64,000 bases of DNA from the NCBI RefSeq assembly GCF_004010195.1, contig NC_057749.1, positions 22,664,976 to 22,728,975 of the forward strand, read 5' to 3'. The notes below the pieces were generated by a model. The model was not told where the DNA came from. It searched no databases and saw only the letters and a program-made list of their open reading frames with translations. Both the position numbers and the translations under genes were made by a program. The DNA comes from Chiloscyllium plagiosum (taxonomy: Eukaryota). Each line of letters opens with the position of its first letter. Within the stretch, counting starts at the first letter, position 1. This document shows, one piece after another, positions 49,038 through 61,096 of this stretch.

Positions 49038-50649
49038 TCTCCTGCTCCTTGGATGCTGCCTGACCTGCTGCGCTTTTCCAGCAACACATTTTCAGCTCTG
49101 ATCTCCAGCATCTGCAGTCCTCACTTTCTCCTATATCTATCATCCCTCAATTTAAAGCTATATCTCCTCGTGCCACCCATCACCATCTGAGGAAAAAGGC
49201 TTGGTTTAAGAAAATGGTTTAAGAAAAAGCATTTAGGCCTCAAAGGCCTGGACTAGAGTCAAGTGGAAAATGTCAAAGACCTGCCTCTGAACACAGCACC
49301 TGTAATTTTCGTGAAGACAGGAACTGGGAGGGTGGATTAGGATTTGAACTTTCATGATCCATGGAGGCTACTTTATAGATCAATGGATGCTTGCAGTCAT
49401 GTGATTCTGGTGAGAAACCTGATCTGTACAGATGAGACCTGGTAGGAACAGAACTAAAATTTGAGGAGTCCTTAGGAAAGATAGATTATATTTTGGAGAG
49501 GCATAGCGAAAATGCCTTTGGATATGATCCTGGGGCAGCTTTTGGATCAGGTGCCCTTTAGGAAAGGACAAGTTTCCCTTCATGGTACATCAGCTACTCT
49601 TTGCAGAAGATGAGGTGTTCTTTGGGATTGATAAAAGTGGACATTAATGTGCAGAAGAGGTGCATTAACTCATTGGAACAAACTAAGGTAATTATTGAGA
49701 GGATTTGTCAAAGTATCAAATAGCACTATCAAAAGACACTGTCAAAGCCTAAAGACACTTATAACTCCTGTCCTGGAGTTGGAAAAAAACGCATTGATTA
49801 TTATTCCAATCCTTCTGCTGACATATACCTGAGGATCATCACTACTGGACAAGTGCTGCTTGACTGACTTCACAACCTCCCACTATCACAGTGGGGCCAC
49901 TATCATCTCATATTTTTATTGACAGCTCCAAGTGGTTGAAGTGGGACTATGAATTCTAATTCTTGCACTTAAGATTTATGCAATTGTATTAAATGTTTCT
50001 GTTATAAGGGATTGTTAAATTGAAGAAATACAAATGAGGCTGTATGAATGAGAGCATTTTCTTCAATGTAGACCCTTAGAATCTTACTTTATTATATCTC
50101 AGCATGTTTCCTGAAGGGTGCCCATCATGGAAACTGGGCAAGATGGCATGATAAATGTCAGGCCAAAGAGTTGACACTAAGTTGGCACAAGGCTATAAAT
50201 GGTCAAAAGTTGATATGGAAGGTATGGGATTATGGAAATTGGAATGGGGCCTAGGTTAGTAGGAAAGGGAAAAGAGACCACGTGCTGGGTGCCATGGCAT
50301 AGATTGGCATCCAGAGTACAAAGGGTTATGGGGTATGATGAGCTATGAGGTGGCATGGGTTGGAGAGTTTAGGGGAAGTGTATGGGGGAGTGAAGGGATG
50401 TGAGAGGGAGAGCTGGAGGTATATTTTCAATTTTATTATTTACCTTAAAACTTCAATTCAACACTGGATCAGATCCCCCCAGCCTGCTGCCTCAACCAGC
50501 AACCTCTACATTTATCTGGGGTCTTCAAGCCTGACTCACAGGGAGCCCCAATGCCCCAGAACAAAAATCTCAAGTTCCAGGTCACTTTTTCCCAGAGTGG
50601 GGTTTGTGGAGCTGTCCCCTCTCCGCGATCCTAACCCGAGAATGAAAAT

Positions 50650-52065
50650 TCATATTAAAGACCCTGAGAGTGACGTTTCGAAGTCTGCTGATATTACAAA
50701 GAACCATAAGCAGTGAGGAAGACAGGAAGACAATGCAAAGATAGCTAGACAGGCTGGGAGAGTGGCAGATGTAGTCAAGATAACATCATGATAGTCCTGC
50801 GCTTTCCCATTAGAGAGGGACAACTAGTGGTGGTTTAACGTACAGGCAAGGGGAAGAGCTTGAGAAGGAGAATACTTCACTGTGACCTTAGCCAGTGCCA
50901 AGAATTGAACCTACACTGTTAGCATCACCAACCAGCTGTCTGGCCAACTGACTTAACAAAGCCCCATAGGGTGATGGAGTACAACGTGGGGAAGTGGGAG
51001 CACATCCATTTCAGCAGTAAGAACAGAAACACATAATTTTCAAAAGTCAAAAAGGCAGTGTTCAGAAAGATTTGATTGTTCTCATACAGGAAAAACAGAA
51101 ATTAGCAAACAAGAGGTGAGCAAGGACAGGTGATTGGCTCATGGTTTTATCGCTGGACTGTTAATCCAGAGTCCCAGGTAATGTTCTGGGGACCTTGGCT
51201 TGAATCCCGCCATGGCAGATGGTGGTATTTGAATTCAATAAAGATCTAGAATTAAGAGTTTGATGACGACCATGAATCCATTGTCGATTGTCAGGAAAAA
51301 CCATTTGGTTCACAATGTCCTTTAGGGGAGGAAACCGCAATCCTCACCTAGTCTGGTCTATATGTGACTCCAGACCCACAGCAAGATGATTGACTGTTAA
51401 CTGTCCTCTGGGATTGGCAATAAATGCCGGCCTAGCCAGTGATGCCCACGTTTTATGAATGGATTTTAAAAATTGCAGAAAATGATAGGAAGGTAAATAA
51501 ATGTTGGCGTAAACTGCAAAGCTATTGGAGCACAAGGAGAAATAAATTTTGCCAAAATTGTCAAGGATGTGGTCAAATGTAATGTGCAGTTTTAGTCTCC
51601 ATGTTCTAAAAAAGGATATCCTTGTATTAAAAAGCAGTGCGTAAACGTTCACTGGATTGGGATGAAGGACTGATGAGAGACAGAGTAAACTGGAACCATA
51701 TTCTCTGACGTTAAGAACAATTACAGGCGATCCCATTGAAATGATAAGATTCTGAAGTGGCTGGACACACTGACAGGTTACTTGTCCCAGTTGGGAAATG
51801 TGGCCTCAGATTAATGCGGGAAGATATTTTTTTCCTCAACTCGATCCTGAGAGGGCTGTGAATCTTCGGAGCTGTCTCGTTCAGGCAGTGCTACATCATG
51901 GAGTACACTCAGGTCTGAGATTGATAGATTTTTATGGTCTCTCAGAGAATCAGGGATATGGGGAGCATGGACAGCTGAGCACGAAAGAAGTGCAGCCATG
52001 ATTGTATAGAATGGCAAAGTAGACTCAAGGGACTGAATGGTCTACTTCTGCTACTATTTTTTATG
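50650..52065 (+). mobile_element. Highly degraded CR1 ORF2 3' part with nested SINEs
   Basis: SKSADITK (degenerate FADDTK), MEYNVGKWE, GDPIEM remnants. Confidence 0.65.
51135..51460 (+). mobile_element. Second tRNA-derived SINE family (further + copies at about 54380-54680, 54693-55020, 60163-60470, 61633-61950)
   Basis: ggactgttaatccagag..caggtaatgttctggggacc..gaatcccgccatggcagatggtgg...gcaataaatgccggcc. Confidence 0.8.
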
Positions 52066-52964
52066 TTGGTTCGAACCCAACATTTATCATGAGTCTCCTT
52101 TACCTGCTTCATTTCAACCTCTGTGATCAAGAGTTTTACTTGTGGCATGACCAACAATCTAGGAGAAAGCCGAGCTCATAATCATGTGACTTTTCAAATG
52201 TTGTTTGCTCAAGTTTCTGTGTATACGCGCTAAGTGAACCACAATTTGCATGAACTGCAGAATGTTCTGTGGCGTGCAATTCTTTTGCATTAAAAAGCAT
52301 ATGTTGTTGTGCTTCAGAATGGCAACTTGGTGTAGTAGGACCAGTATCCCACACAAAGTCAGCATTTTAGATCAGCGCTCCCAGTAAGCGACCCAAATTA
52401 AAGCGATTGAATGTGATTTTAAAAGTGCTGTGCTAGGATATTAACTGGTAAGGTACACTGGTCACTGTTTTTGGTCAATTAGACAAATGTTCAAAAACTT
52501 TGAAAAGCTTTTCTTCCGTGCTAATGTTCCTAAAATAGGCTTGATTTTGAAGCCTTTCAAATTCCAAAGAGGCACTGACACTGGCAACACTTTGTGAGCT
52601 CCCTATGGCAGATCTTCTCATAATCATTCTGCACTTTTAAATGTAAAATCTAAACCCCTAAAAGTGACTAATAATGTTCTCCAACTTCAAATAATGTTGG
52701 TCTTGTTAAGTTAATCTTGCTTTGCACAATTCCTGTACAGCTGTAACCTTGTGAGCCTTGCTCTGTCGAGGTATCCTATGATCTGCAGGTCCTTGTTTGC
52801 TGTGATCTGCTTGTAAAACAAAGCTTTTCACTGTATTTAGGTACATGTAACTACAATAAATCACATCAAATCAAGGAATTGGCTTTGGTGAATTATTGGT
52901 CGCAATACGGAGTTACTAGTGCAATGGTATTGTTACTTAACAAGTTAAGTCAGAGACTTCAGTG

Positions 52965-54372
52965 TAAAGATAACAATCTCTCCCTCAACATCAGCAAAAC
53001 AAAAGAGCTGGTCATTGACTTCAGGAAACAAGATGGAGGGCATCAATAGAGCTGAAGTGGAGGTGTTCAAAAACATGAAGTTCTGAGGAATGATGATCAC
53101 CAACAATCTGTCCTGGGCCACCTATGTTGTTGCTACAGTCAAGAAAGCACAACAATGTCTCTGCTTCCTAGGAGGCTAAGGAAATTCGGCATGTCCATAA
53201 GGACTTTTTATAGATGTACCATACAAAGCATCCTATCAGGATGGTACCATGGCTTAATATGGCAACTGCTCTGCCCTGGACTGGAAGAAACTACAGAGAG
53301 CTGCGAACACAGCCCAGTCCCTCACACAAGCCAACCTACCATCCATTGACTCCATCTACACTTCCCACTGCCTCAGGAAGGCAGCCAACATTGTCAAAGA
53401 CCCCTCCCACCCCGGTTATAATCTCTTCCAACCTCTTCCATCGGGCTGAAGATATAAAAATGTAAACACACACCAACAGGTTCAAGTACAGCTTCTTTTA
53501 TTAGACTTCTGAACGGACCTCTCAAATTTCCAAATCTTGCCCTTTATGCACCTTTTCTGCAGCCTTAACATTATATTCCTCGCTCTGTTCTATTACCCTG
53601 ATGCACTTTGTACGGTATGATCCACTTGACAATAGACAATGGACAATAGGTGTAGGAGTAGGCCATTCTGCCCCTCGAGCCTGCACCACCATTCAATATG
53701 ATCATGGCTGATCATCCTTAGTCAGTATCCTGTTCCTGCCTTATCTCCATAACCTTTGATTCCACTATCCTTGAGAGCTCTATCCAACTCAATCTTAAAT
53801 GAATCCAGAGACTGGGCCTCCACTGCCCTCTGGGGCAGAGCATTCCACACAGCCACTAACTACTCTCTGGGTGAAGAAATTTCTCCTCATCTCTGTCCTA
53901 AATGGTCTACCCGGTATTTTTAAGCTGTGTCCTCTGGTTCAGCACTCACTCATCAGCCGAAACATGTTTCCTGCCTCCAGAGTGTCCAATCCTTTAATAA
54001 TCTTATATGTCTCAATCAGATCCCCTCTCAGTCTTCTAAACTCAAGGGTATACAAGCCCAGTCGCTCCAGTCTTTCAGTGTAAGGTAATCCCGCCATTCC
54101 AGGAATTGACCTCGTGAACCTACGCTGCACTCCCTCAATAGCCAGAATGTCTTTCCTCAAATTTGGAGACCAGAACTGCGTCACCCTGTAATCTCCTAAC
54201 ATCCTCCTCACATTTCACCCTGCCACCCAGCTTAGTATCATCATTAAATTTGCTAATGTTATTACTAATACCATCTTCTATATCATTAACATATATTGTA
54301 AAAAAAGCTTGTACTGCACGCCAGACAAAACTTTTCACTGCACCTAGTTACATGTGACAATAATAAATCAAA
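52965..54372 (+). mobile_element. Rex1/Babar-type LINE 3' part, interrupted by CR1; another 3' tip at about 52700-52873
   Basis: NNLSLNISKTKELVIDFRK; RRLRKFGMSIRTFYRCTIQSILSG; IVKDPSHP. Confidence 0.85.
53630..54302 (-). mobile_element. Young CR1 3' fragment with an internal deletion at about 54180
   Basis: ISKFNDDTKLGG joined to QFWSPNLRKDILAIEGVQRRFTR...RRLRGDLIETYK; (ctattgt)n tail. Confidence 0.9.
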
Positions 54373-55504
54373 TTAAAAACTCAGCATATGCTCTGAGTTT
54401 TGTGTTCAAATCCCAACATGACAAATACTGAAATTTGAATCAATGAAAATCTGATAATTGGAAAGGAAAGAAATACTAGCTTAATGGTGACTCTATAATC
54501 ACTATTGATTGTTGTTAAGTACTTGCTTGGTTCACTAATACCCTTCAGGGAAGAAAATCTGTGAACCTCACCAGGTCTGGCCTATATGTGGCCCCAGACC
54601 TGTGACAATATGGTTGGCTGTCTTCTAGAAAAGACCCCAGTAAATAATCAGTTCAAGTGACAAATAGGGATGGCCAAAAAACATTACAGGAGGCCATGGC
54701 CCAGTGGTATTATCATTAGATTGTTAACCCAGAGACTCAGGTAATGTTCTGGTCAGTCCAAATCCTGCCACAAGAAGATGGTGAAATTTGAATTCAATAA
54801 AAATCTGGAATTAAGAGTCTTATGATGATGACCATGAATCCACTGATGGGGATGACCTGCCAGGCTTGCTAATGCTGTTTAGGGAAGGAAACGACTTGGT
54901 CTGGTCTACATGTGACTCCAGACCCACATCAATGGTGTTAATGCTTAAATGCCCTCTGGGTGGTTAGGGATGGGTAATAAATGCTGGCCCAGCCAGTGAC
55001 ATTCACATCTTGCGAATGAACAAAAACAAAATGCTGGACCAGCCAGAAATGAATACATGAACGAATAAAGAGAGGGGGAGAATAAAAATGCCAGTTTTGT
55101 GGGCATGTTGACTTCTGGCACATTATTTATTTCATATAATTTGTTGGTTGAAAGTAATTTTCACCATGAAATCTTTTGTGGTGGCTAGGAGCACTTCAGG
55201 TAAATCGCTCTAAACAAAACGCTAAGTGGAACACCAACACCTATACTTCCTTAACTTTGCCTGCTGTTCTCTCACCCTTATGGGAACGTGTGTCACCAGA
55301 TCCTAACTAATCTTCTCTTTGAATTTCTACCTGCCAATCTTTGGTTCCAATCCACCTGGACCAGATTCTTCTCAATTCACCAAAACTGTGCTCCTCAAGT
55401 TAACATTTTTCATATTTCAATTTTTGTTGCCCTTATCCATAATGACGTAAATCTGACAGTACGGTTATCTCCGGTCGAGGGTGAACATACTGTTCTCAAT
55501 TATT

Positions 55505-56390
55505 CATAGGCCTTTACACCATGGAAGGGAGCCATTTGGTCCAGTGTATGCTTGCTAGTCAACAGAAATCTGACTGCACTAATCCCATTTTCCAGCTCTT
55601 GGCCCATAGACAGTGTAAATGAATATTTAAATATTGCTTAAATATTACAAGGGTTTTGACTTAACTGGCCTTTCATGCAGTGTGTTCCAGACTCTCACCA
55701 CCCTCTGAGTAAAAGAAAGTTCTCCACAATTTTCCTTTTGAACTTCTACGTCTTACTATCAATCTCCACATCCCCCCCCCGCCCCCCCCCCCCCCCCACC
55801 ATCAATTCTTGACCCCTCTTATAATTGAAAAATGTCTTCCTGACTGTATCCCGAATAAACATATAGATTACTTACAGTGTGGAAACAGGCCTTTCGGCCC
55901 AACAAGTCCACACTGACGCGCAACCCACCCAGACCCATTCCCCTACACCCAACACTACAGGCAATTTAGCATGGCCAATTCACCTGACTTGCACATTTTT
56001 GGCCTGTGGGAGGAAACCAGAGCAAACCCGGGGAGAATGTGCAAACTCCACACAGACAGTCACCCAAGGCTGGAATTGAACCTGGGTCTCTGGTGCTGTG
56101 AGGCAGCAGTGCGAACCACTGTGCCACCATGCCGCCCACCTCTATTAGGTCTCACTTCTCCAGAAAAATATCCCCAAGTCTATCCAACCATTCCTCATAG
56201 CTCAAAGCCTCCAGCCTGGGCAGTATCTTGTGAATCTCCTGTGCAACCTCTCAAATACAATCATACCCTGATTATAATGTGCTGACCAGAACTGCGCACA
56301 GTACTCCACTTGTGACCTGGCCAGCATTTTACGCAGTATCCAGCATAATCTTCCCTGCTTTTGTCTGCCTCAGCCAGTTAAGGCAGATAA
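55505..56390 (-). mobile_element. Old CR1 3' fragment containing a C-run (55773-55797) and an HE1 SINE (55865-56138-)
   Basis: CR1-like ends on both sides of the SINE. Confidence 0.7.
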
Positions 56391-56698
56391 CACGGTGGCT
56401 CAGTGGTTAGCACTGCTGCCAGGGACCTGGGTTCAATTCCCGCCTCAGGCAACTGTCTGTATGGAGTTTGCACATTCACCCCGTGTCTGCATGAGTTTCC
56501 TCTGGGTGCTCCGGTTTCTCCCACAGTCCAAAGATGTGCAGGTCAGGTGAATTGGCCATGCTAAATTGCCCATAGTGTTAGGTGCATTAGTCAGGGTTGA
56601 ATGTTGGGGAATTGGTCTGGGTGGGTTGCTCTTCGGAGGGTCGGTGTGGACCTGTTGGGCCGAAGGGCCTGTTCCACACTGTAGGGTATCTAAACTAA
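56390..56698 (+). mobile_element. HE1-type SINE
   Basis: Family motifs. Confidence 0.88.
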
Positions 56699-57135
56699 AA
56701 AAACACAGATCCCTTCTCAACCACCTTATCACTCCACCCTGCTACCTTCAGCAAGGTCCCTCTGATGTTCTGCTCTGCCTAAGCAACACCAATCAATGTG
56801 ATCATCCAAGAATGAATGGGCCATACCCTTAGTCTTCACTGGCTAGGAGTGACTCAGTGGTGGCACTATTACCACTGAGTCAGAAAGTCATAGGTTCAAA
56901 CTTTTACTTCAGAACTTGCTGACAAAATCTAGGCTGATACTCCAATGTTGCACCGAGGAGGCGCTGCACTGTCAGGAGTATTGTTGTTCTGATGCCCTGT
57001 CAATCCTCTCAGGCAACATATCCCAAAGAAAATGGCCAATATCTATTCTTTAAACAGCATCAATATTATAGAAGCAAAATCAGAAGTTGCTGGAAAAGCT
57101 CAGCAGGTCTGGTAGCATCGGTGGAGAGAAATCAG

Positions 57136-57173
57136 AGTTAATGTTTCGGGTCCGGTGATCCTTCCTCAGAACT
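57136..57173 (-). ncRNA. Minimal hammerhead ribozyme motif
   Basis: AGUU-CUGAGGA-A-GGAUC-accg-GACCC-GAAA-CAUU-AACU; stem I AGUU/AACU. Confidence 0.65.
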
Positions 57174-57178
57174 TCCCC

Positions 57179-57216
57179 AGTTCTGAAGAAGGGTCACTTG
57201 ACCCGAAACATTAATC
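57179..57216 (+). ncRNA. Minimal hammerhead ribozyme motif
   Basis: AGUU-CUGAAGA-A-GGGUC-acuu-GACCC-GAAA-CAUU-AAUC. Confidence 0.65.
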
Positions 57217-58174
57217 GGATTTCTCTCCACGAATGCTGCCAGACGCACTGAGCTCTTCCAGCAATTTCTGATTTTGTTTCTGATTTACAGCATCCGCAGT
57301 TCTTTTGTTTTTTATCTATAATACAGAATTACCTGGGCATTGTCTCATTGATGTACTTGGTGCCCTAGTGTCTGCTAATTGGCTATCTATTGCAAGAGTG
57401 AACTTGTTTCATTAATTATAAAATGCTTTGGAACATCCCAAGGTCGTGAAAGGCACTATATAACTCCAGCCCTATTTATTTTCCTTTCTGACATTTAACA
57501 GTATAAAGCGAACATGGCAAGCAAGTGGAATAATATGATGGTAACTCTCTCATCTCAAGATGGGTAATGACTGGGGGCTCCCTGAAGCAAATCGACACCA
57601 ATTTCCTTTTTAAAGAAAGTAGGACAATGGAGTCTACATTGCCAAAAGTCCCTTCTATCTATGCTGACAAGTTAAACCTTCTGAGAAACCTGACAATGAG
57701 TTAAAGCTGTTGACATTAATTCTTCAGGTCATAGATTTTCCCTGTGGTTCTAAAAGTAATTTCAGTTTATTTCACCTTGACAAGTCCTTTTAACTATTCT
57801 TCATTTAAATCCTCATCCCAAGACAAATATAGAAACTGGATATAAGACAGCACCTTGTGTCGAAAAGCCAATTGCTAGATTGGCACTGTTTCAGAGTGAC
57901 CCTGATATAGTTTCCCCAGTGGGCACCATAGACAGATTTCCTTCAAATTGCAAATTCAGTGTCCTGGGACCACGAGAGCTTTAGTAGGAGCTAACGGTGA
58001 GTCAAGTCCTGGAAACTGCTGGAACAGAAGGTGTGCAAATTAAACAACGGGCTTAGTTATTCTGAGGGTCAGTTGTCCTTCACCCCTTCTGAGTGCCACC
58101 AGACCATCTAACAAAAACGTCTGTTGAGTCTGGCGCTTTGTAGGGGTGGGCTCTCCCGGTTCCAGTTAAATCCT

Positions 58175-58510
58175 GGCAGCATGATGGCTCAGTGGTCAGC
58201 ACTGCTGCCTCACAGCGCCAAGGACCCGGGTTCGATTCCGCCCTCAGGTGACTGTCCGTGTGAATTCTCCCCGTGTCTGCGTGGGTTTCCTCCGGGTGCT
58301 CCGGTGTCTTCCCACAGTCCAAAGATGTGTAGGTCAGGTGAATTGGCCGTGCTAAATCGTCCATAGTGTTCAGGGCTGTGTAGTTAGGGACATTAGTCAG
58401 GGATAAATATAGGTGATAGGATAGGGGAATGGGTCTGGGTGGGTTAGTCTTCAGACGGTCGGTGTGGACTTGTTGGGATGAAGGGCCTGTTTCCACGCTG
58501 TAGGGATTCT
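58175..58510 (+). mobile_element. HE1-type SINE
   Basis: Full-length family motifs. Confidence 0.88.
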
Positions 58511-58564
58511 AATTATAAGTGCCCATTAATTATCCACTTAAGGCCTTCACTTGGCCAGTGAGGA

Positions 58565-59244
58565 TGAGACCTTGGAGTGAAGGTTCATAGCTCCTTGAAA
58601 GTAGAGTTGCAGGTAGATAGGATAGTGAAAAAAGCATTTAGTATGCTTTCATTTTTTGGTCAGAGTATTGAGTATAGGAGTTGGGAGGTCATGTTGTGGC
58701 TGTACAGGACATTGGTTAGGTCACTTTTGGAATATTGTGTGCGCTTCTGGTCTCCTTCCTATAGGAAGGATGTTGTGAAACTTAAGAAGGTTCAGAAAAG
58801 ATTTACAAGGATGTTGCCAGGGTTGGAGAATTTGAGCTAAAGGGAGAGACTGAATAGGCTGGGACTGTTTTCTCTGGAACATTGAAGGCTGAGGGATGAT
58901 CTTATACAGGGGCATGGATAGGGTGAATAGACAAGGTCTTTTCCTTGGGTGGGAGAATCCAGAACTACAGGGCCTAGGTTTAAGGTCAGAGGGGAAAGAT
59001 TTAAAAGAGACCTCAAGCGCAAGGTTTACACGTGTGTGAATAGAATGAGCTTCCAGAGGAAGTGGTGGAGACTGGTATATTACAGCATTTAAAAGGCATC
59101 TGGATGGGTATATGAATCGGAAGAGTCTAGAGGGATATGGGCCAAGTGCTGGCAAATGGGAGTAGGTTAATTTGGGATATCTGGTCAGCATGGATGAGTC
59201 AGACCGAAGAGTCTGGTTCTGTGCTGTACATCTCTGTGACTGTA
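58565..59244 (+). mobile_element. CR1/HER1 3' fragment
   Basis: KVHSSLKVELQVDRIVKKA...LEYCVRFWSP...VQKRFTRMLPGL. Confidence 0.9.
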
Positions 59245-59750
59245 TGGCATATATGCTGCCAGCTGTGACTCCAGAAAAGATTTACAAGGATGTTGCCAGG
59301 GTTGGAGAATTTGAGCTAAAGGGAGAGACTGAATAGGCTGGGGCTGTTTTCTCTGGAACATCGAAGGCTGAGGGATGATCTTATACAGCGGCATGGATAG
59401 GGTGAATAGACAAGGTCTTTTCCTTGGGTGGGAGAATCCAGAACTACAGGGCATAGGTTTAAGGTCAGAGGGGAAAGATTTAAAAGAGACCTGAGGCGCA
59501 AGGTTTACACGTGTGTGTATAGAATGAGCTTCCAGAGGAAGTGGTGGAGTCTGGTATATTACAGCATTTAAAAGGCATCTGGATGGTTATATGAATCGGA
59601 AGAGTCTAGAGGGATATGGGCCAAGTGCTGGCAAATGGGAGTAGGTTAATTTGGGATATCTGGTCAGCATGGATGAGTCAGACCGAAGAGTCTGGTTCTG
59701 TGCTGTACATCTCTGTGACTGTATGGCATATATGCTGCCAGCTGTGACTC
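58793..59750 (+). repeat. Head-to-tail tandem duplication, 479-bp unit x2
   Basis: cagaaaagatttacaagg starts at 58793 and 59272; each unit ends gctgccagctgtgactc. Confidence 0.95.
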
Positions 59751-60958
59751 CTGACACTGAGAAATGGCAAATTCCTGTAAATATCCAGAGCATGTTCCTA
59801 AATGGGGATGGAACAGGTCAGGCAAGAAGAGAGAAGTGTGTTGGTTGCTAGGTGACAGGCAGACCTGAATGTCAAAGCCACTGGTTTGGGGTTTATGTGG
59901 TGGGGGAGGGGTGGGGATGGACAGGGAGGAGCACATACCATCCAGCCGCTGGTGCCACCGCTGATCTTGCACTCCCTCCCTAAGCTATGTCACCTTTCTG
60001 CATCTATCACTCCTTCTAAGATGCTTTTCAGAACCTACATTTTTGACTGAGGTTGTGGTACCCAAGCAAATACCCCTCAGTAACTCAGTGTCACTGTTTG
60101 GCTGATCTTATCTCTGTGAGGCATCTTTGGATGTTTTAGATTGTTGTACAAATGGTGAGGTGATGGCCTAGTGATATCATCTCTCGACCTATCAACCCAG
60201 GAAATGGGTTCGAATCTTACCGCAATGGAGTTTGAATTCAATATTAATTTGGAATTAATGGTGACCACGAGCCTGTTATTGGTTGTTGGGGGTAACAGCC
60301 CATCTGATGTGCTAAAATCCTCAGGCAAGGAACCTGCCATCCTTACCTGGGCTGGCCTACATGTGACTCCAGACCCACAAAAATGTTGTTGATTCTTAAC
60401 TGCCTTGTGGGCAGTTCGCATTGGGCAATAAATGCTGGCCTAACCAGCAATGCCCATACCCTACAATTGAATTTTAAAAAAGACCAGCAAATGTTGTTGT
60501 CAGTCTGGGATGTGACTTGCCTCTCATGACGTAACAATTTAAAAAGTTAATTTTTTTTTTGGTTGACTGTGGGATGTAAGCATCACTGGCTGGGCTAGCA
60601 TTTATTGCCCACCCCTAGTTGCCCTTGAGAAGGTAGGGGTGAGCTGCTTTCATGAACATTCCAGAAATTATTGATTGACAAATGATATAAGAACAAGAAT
60701 TATACTGCCTTTCAGGTCAGGTAACAGCTGTCCACTCTACTTTTCTGCTCTCTATGTTGTGAGCTCAAAGAGTTTATTAGCTGCTGATTATTCAGACACA
60801 TTTTCTATCATGAACTTGAATCTCCTACTCCAACTTGAACTTGACAAGAGCCATCACTGACATCAAATCAATGAAATGAAATCATTAAAAGAGTGCAGAA
60901 TACTCTTAGTTAAAAATCACACAATACCAGGTTATAGTCCAACAGGTTTATTTGGAAG

Positions 60959-60993
60959 CACTAGCTTTCGGAGCGCTGCTCCTTCATCAGGTG
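60959..60993 (-). ncRNA. Minimal hammerhead ribozyme
   Basis: CAC-CUGAUGA-A-GGAGC-agc-GCUCC-GAAA-GCUA-GUG. Confidence 0.8.
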
Positions 60994-61061
60994 GTTATGG
61001 AGTATAAGATGGTAAGAGACCATCTTATACTCCACAGTCTTACCATCTTATACTCCACAAC

Positions 61062-61096
61062 CACCTGATGAAGGAGCAGCGCTCCGAAAGCTAGTG
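61062..61096 (+). ncRNA. Minimal hammerhead ribozyme
   Basis: CAC-CUGAUGA-A-GGAGC-agc-GCUCC-GAAA-GCUA-GUG: stem I CAC/GUG, 5-bp stem II, palindromic AGCU stem III, predicted cleavage after A61093. Confidence 0.8.

Larger units (their letters stand above)
48106..49141 (+). mobile_element. 5'-truncated Penelope-like element (family A terminal repeat), spanning an assembly gap
   Basis: ICSQEDQF...FFKDHNFPPDVI...LVLTYHP...RIIRCHFRHLQTDP (PLE RT-thumb/linker); terminal repeat 48924-49129; TSD cctatatctatc at 48106-48117 and 49130-49141. Confidence 0.85.
47893..49200 (-). mobile_element. CR1 3' end interrupted by a Penelope-like insertion
   Basis: Reverse complement of the region 290-540; continuity ...tgtcctatatctatc | atccctcaatttaaagc... 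Confidence 0.8.
57074..57314. mobile_element. Palindromic PLE-derived mini-element, family C, with HHR cores on both strands
   Basis: About 100-bp inverted arms around a short ttcccc spacer, followed by a one-sided tail. Confidence 0.88.
56845..57480 (+). mobile_element. Deu-domain-like SINE with L2-like tail, interrupted by a PLE palindrome
   Basis: tRNA-like head, aatctaggctgatactcc...gaggaggcgctgcactgtc core, tail gctttggaacatcccaaggtcgtgaaaggcactatataa. Confidence 0.6.

Noticed and set aside
48187..49063. Long ORFs of 184-264 aa
   Set aside because: Length inflated by the N gap; only the PLE fragment before the gap is meaningful
49200..50650. Possible decayed transposase or gene
   Set aside because: No diagnostic motif in any frame that I could support by eye
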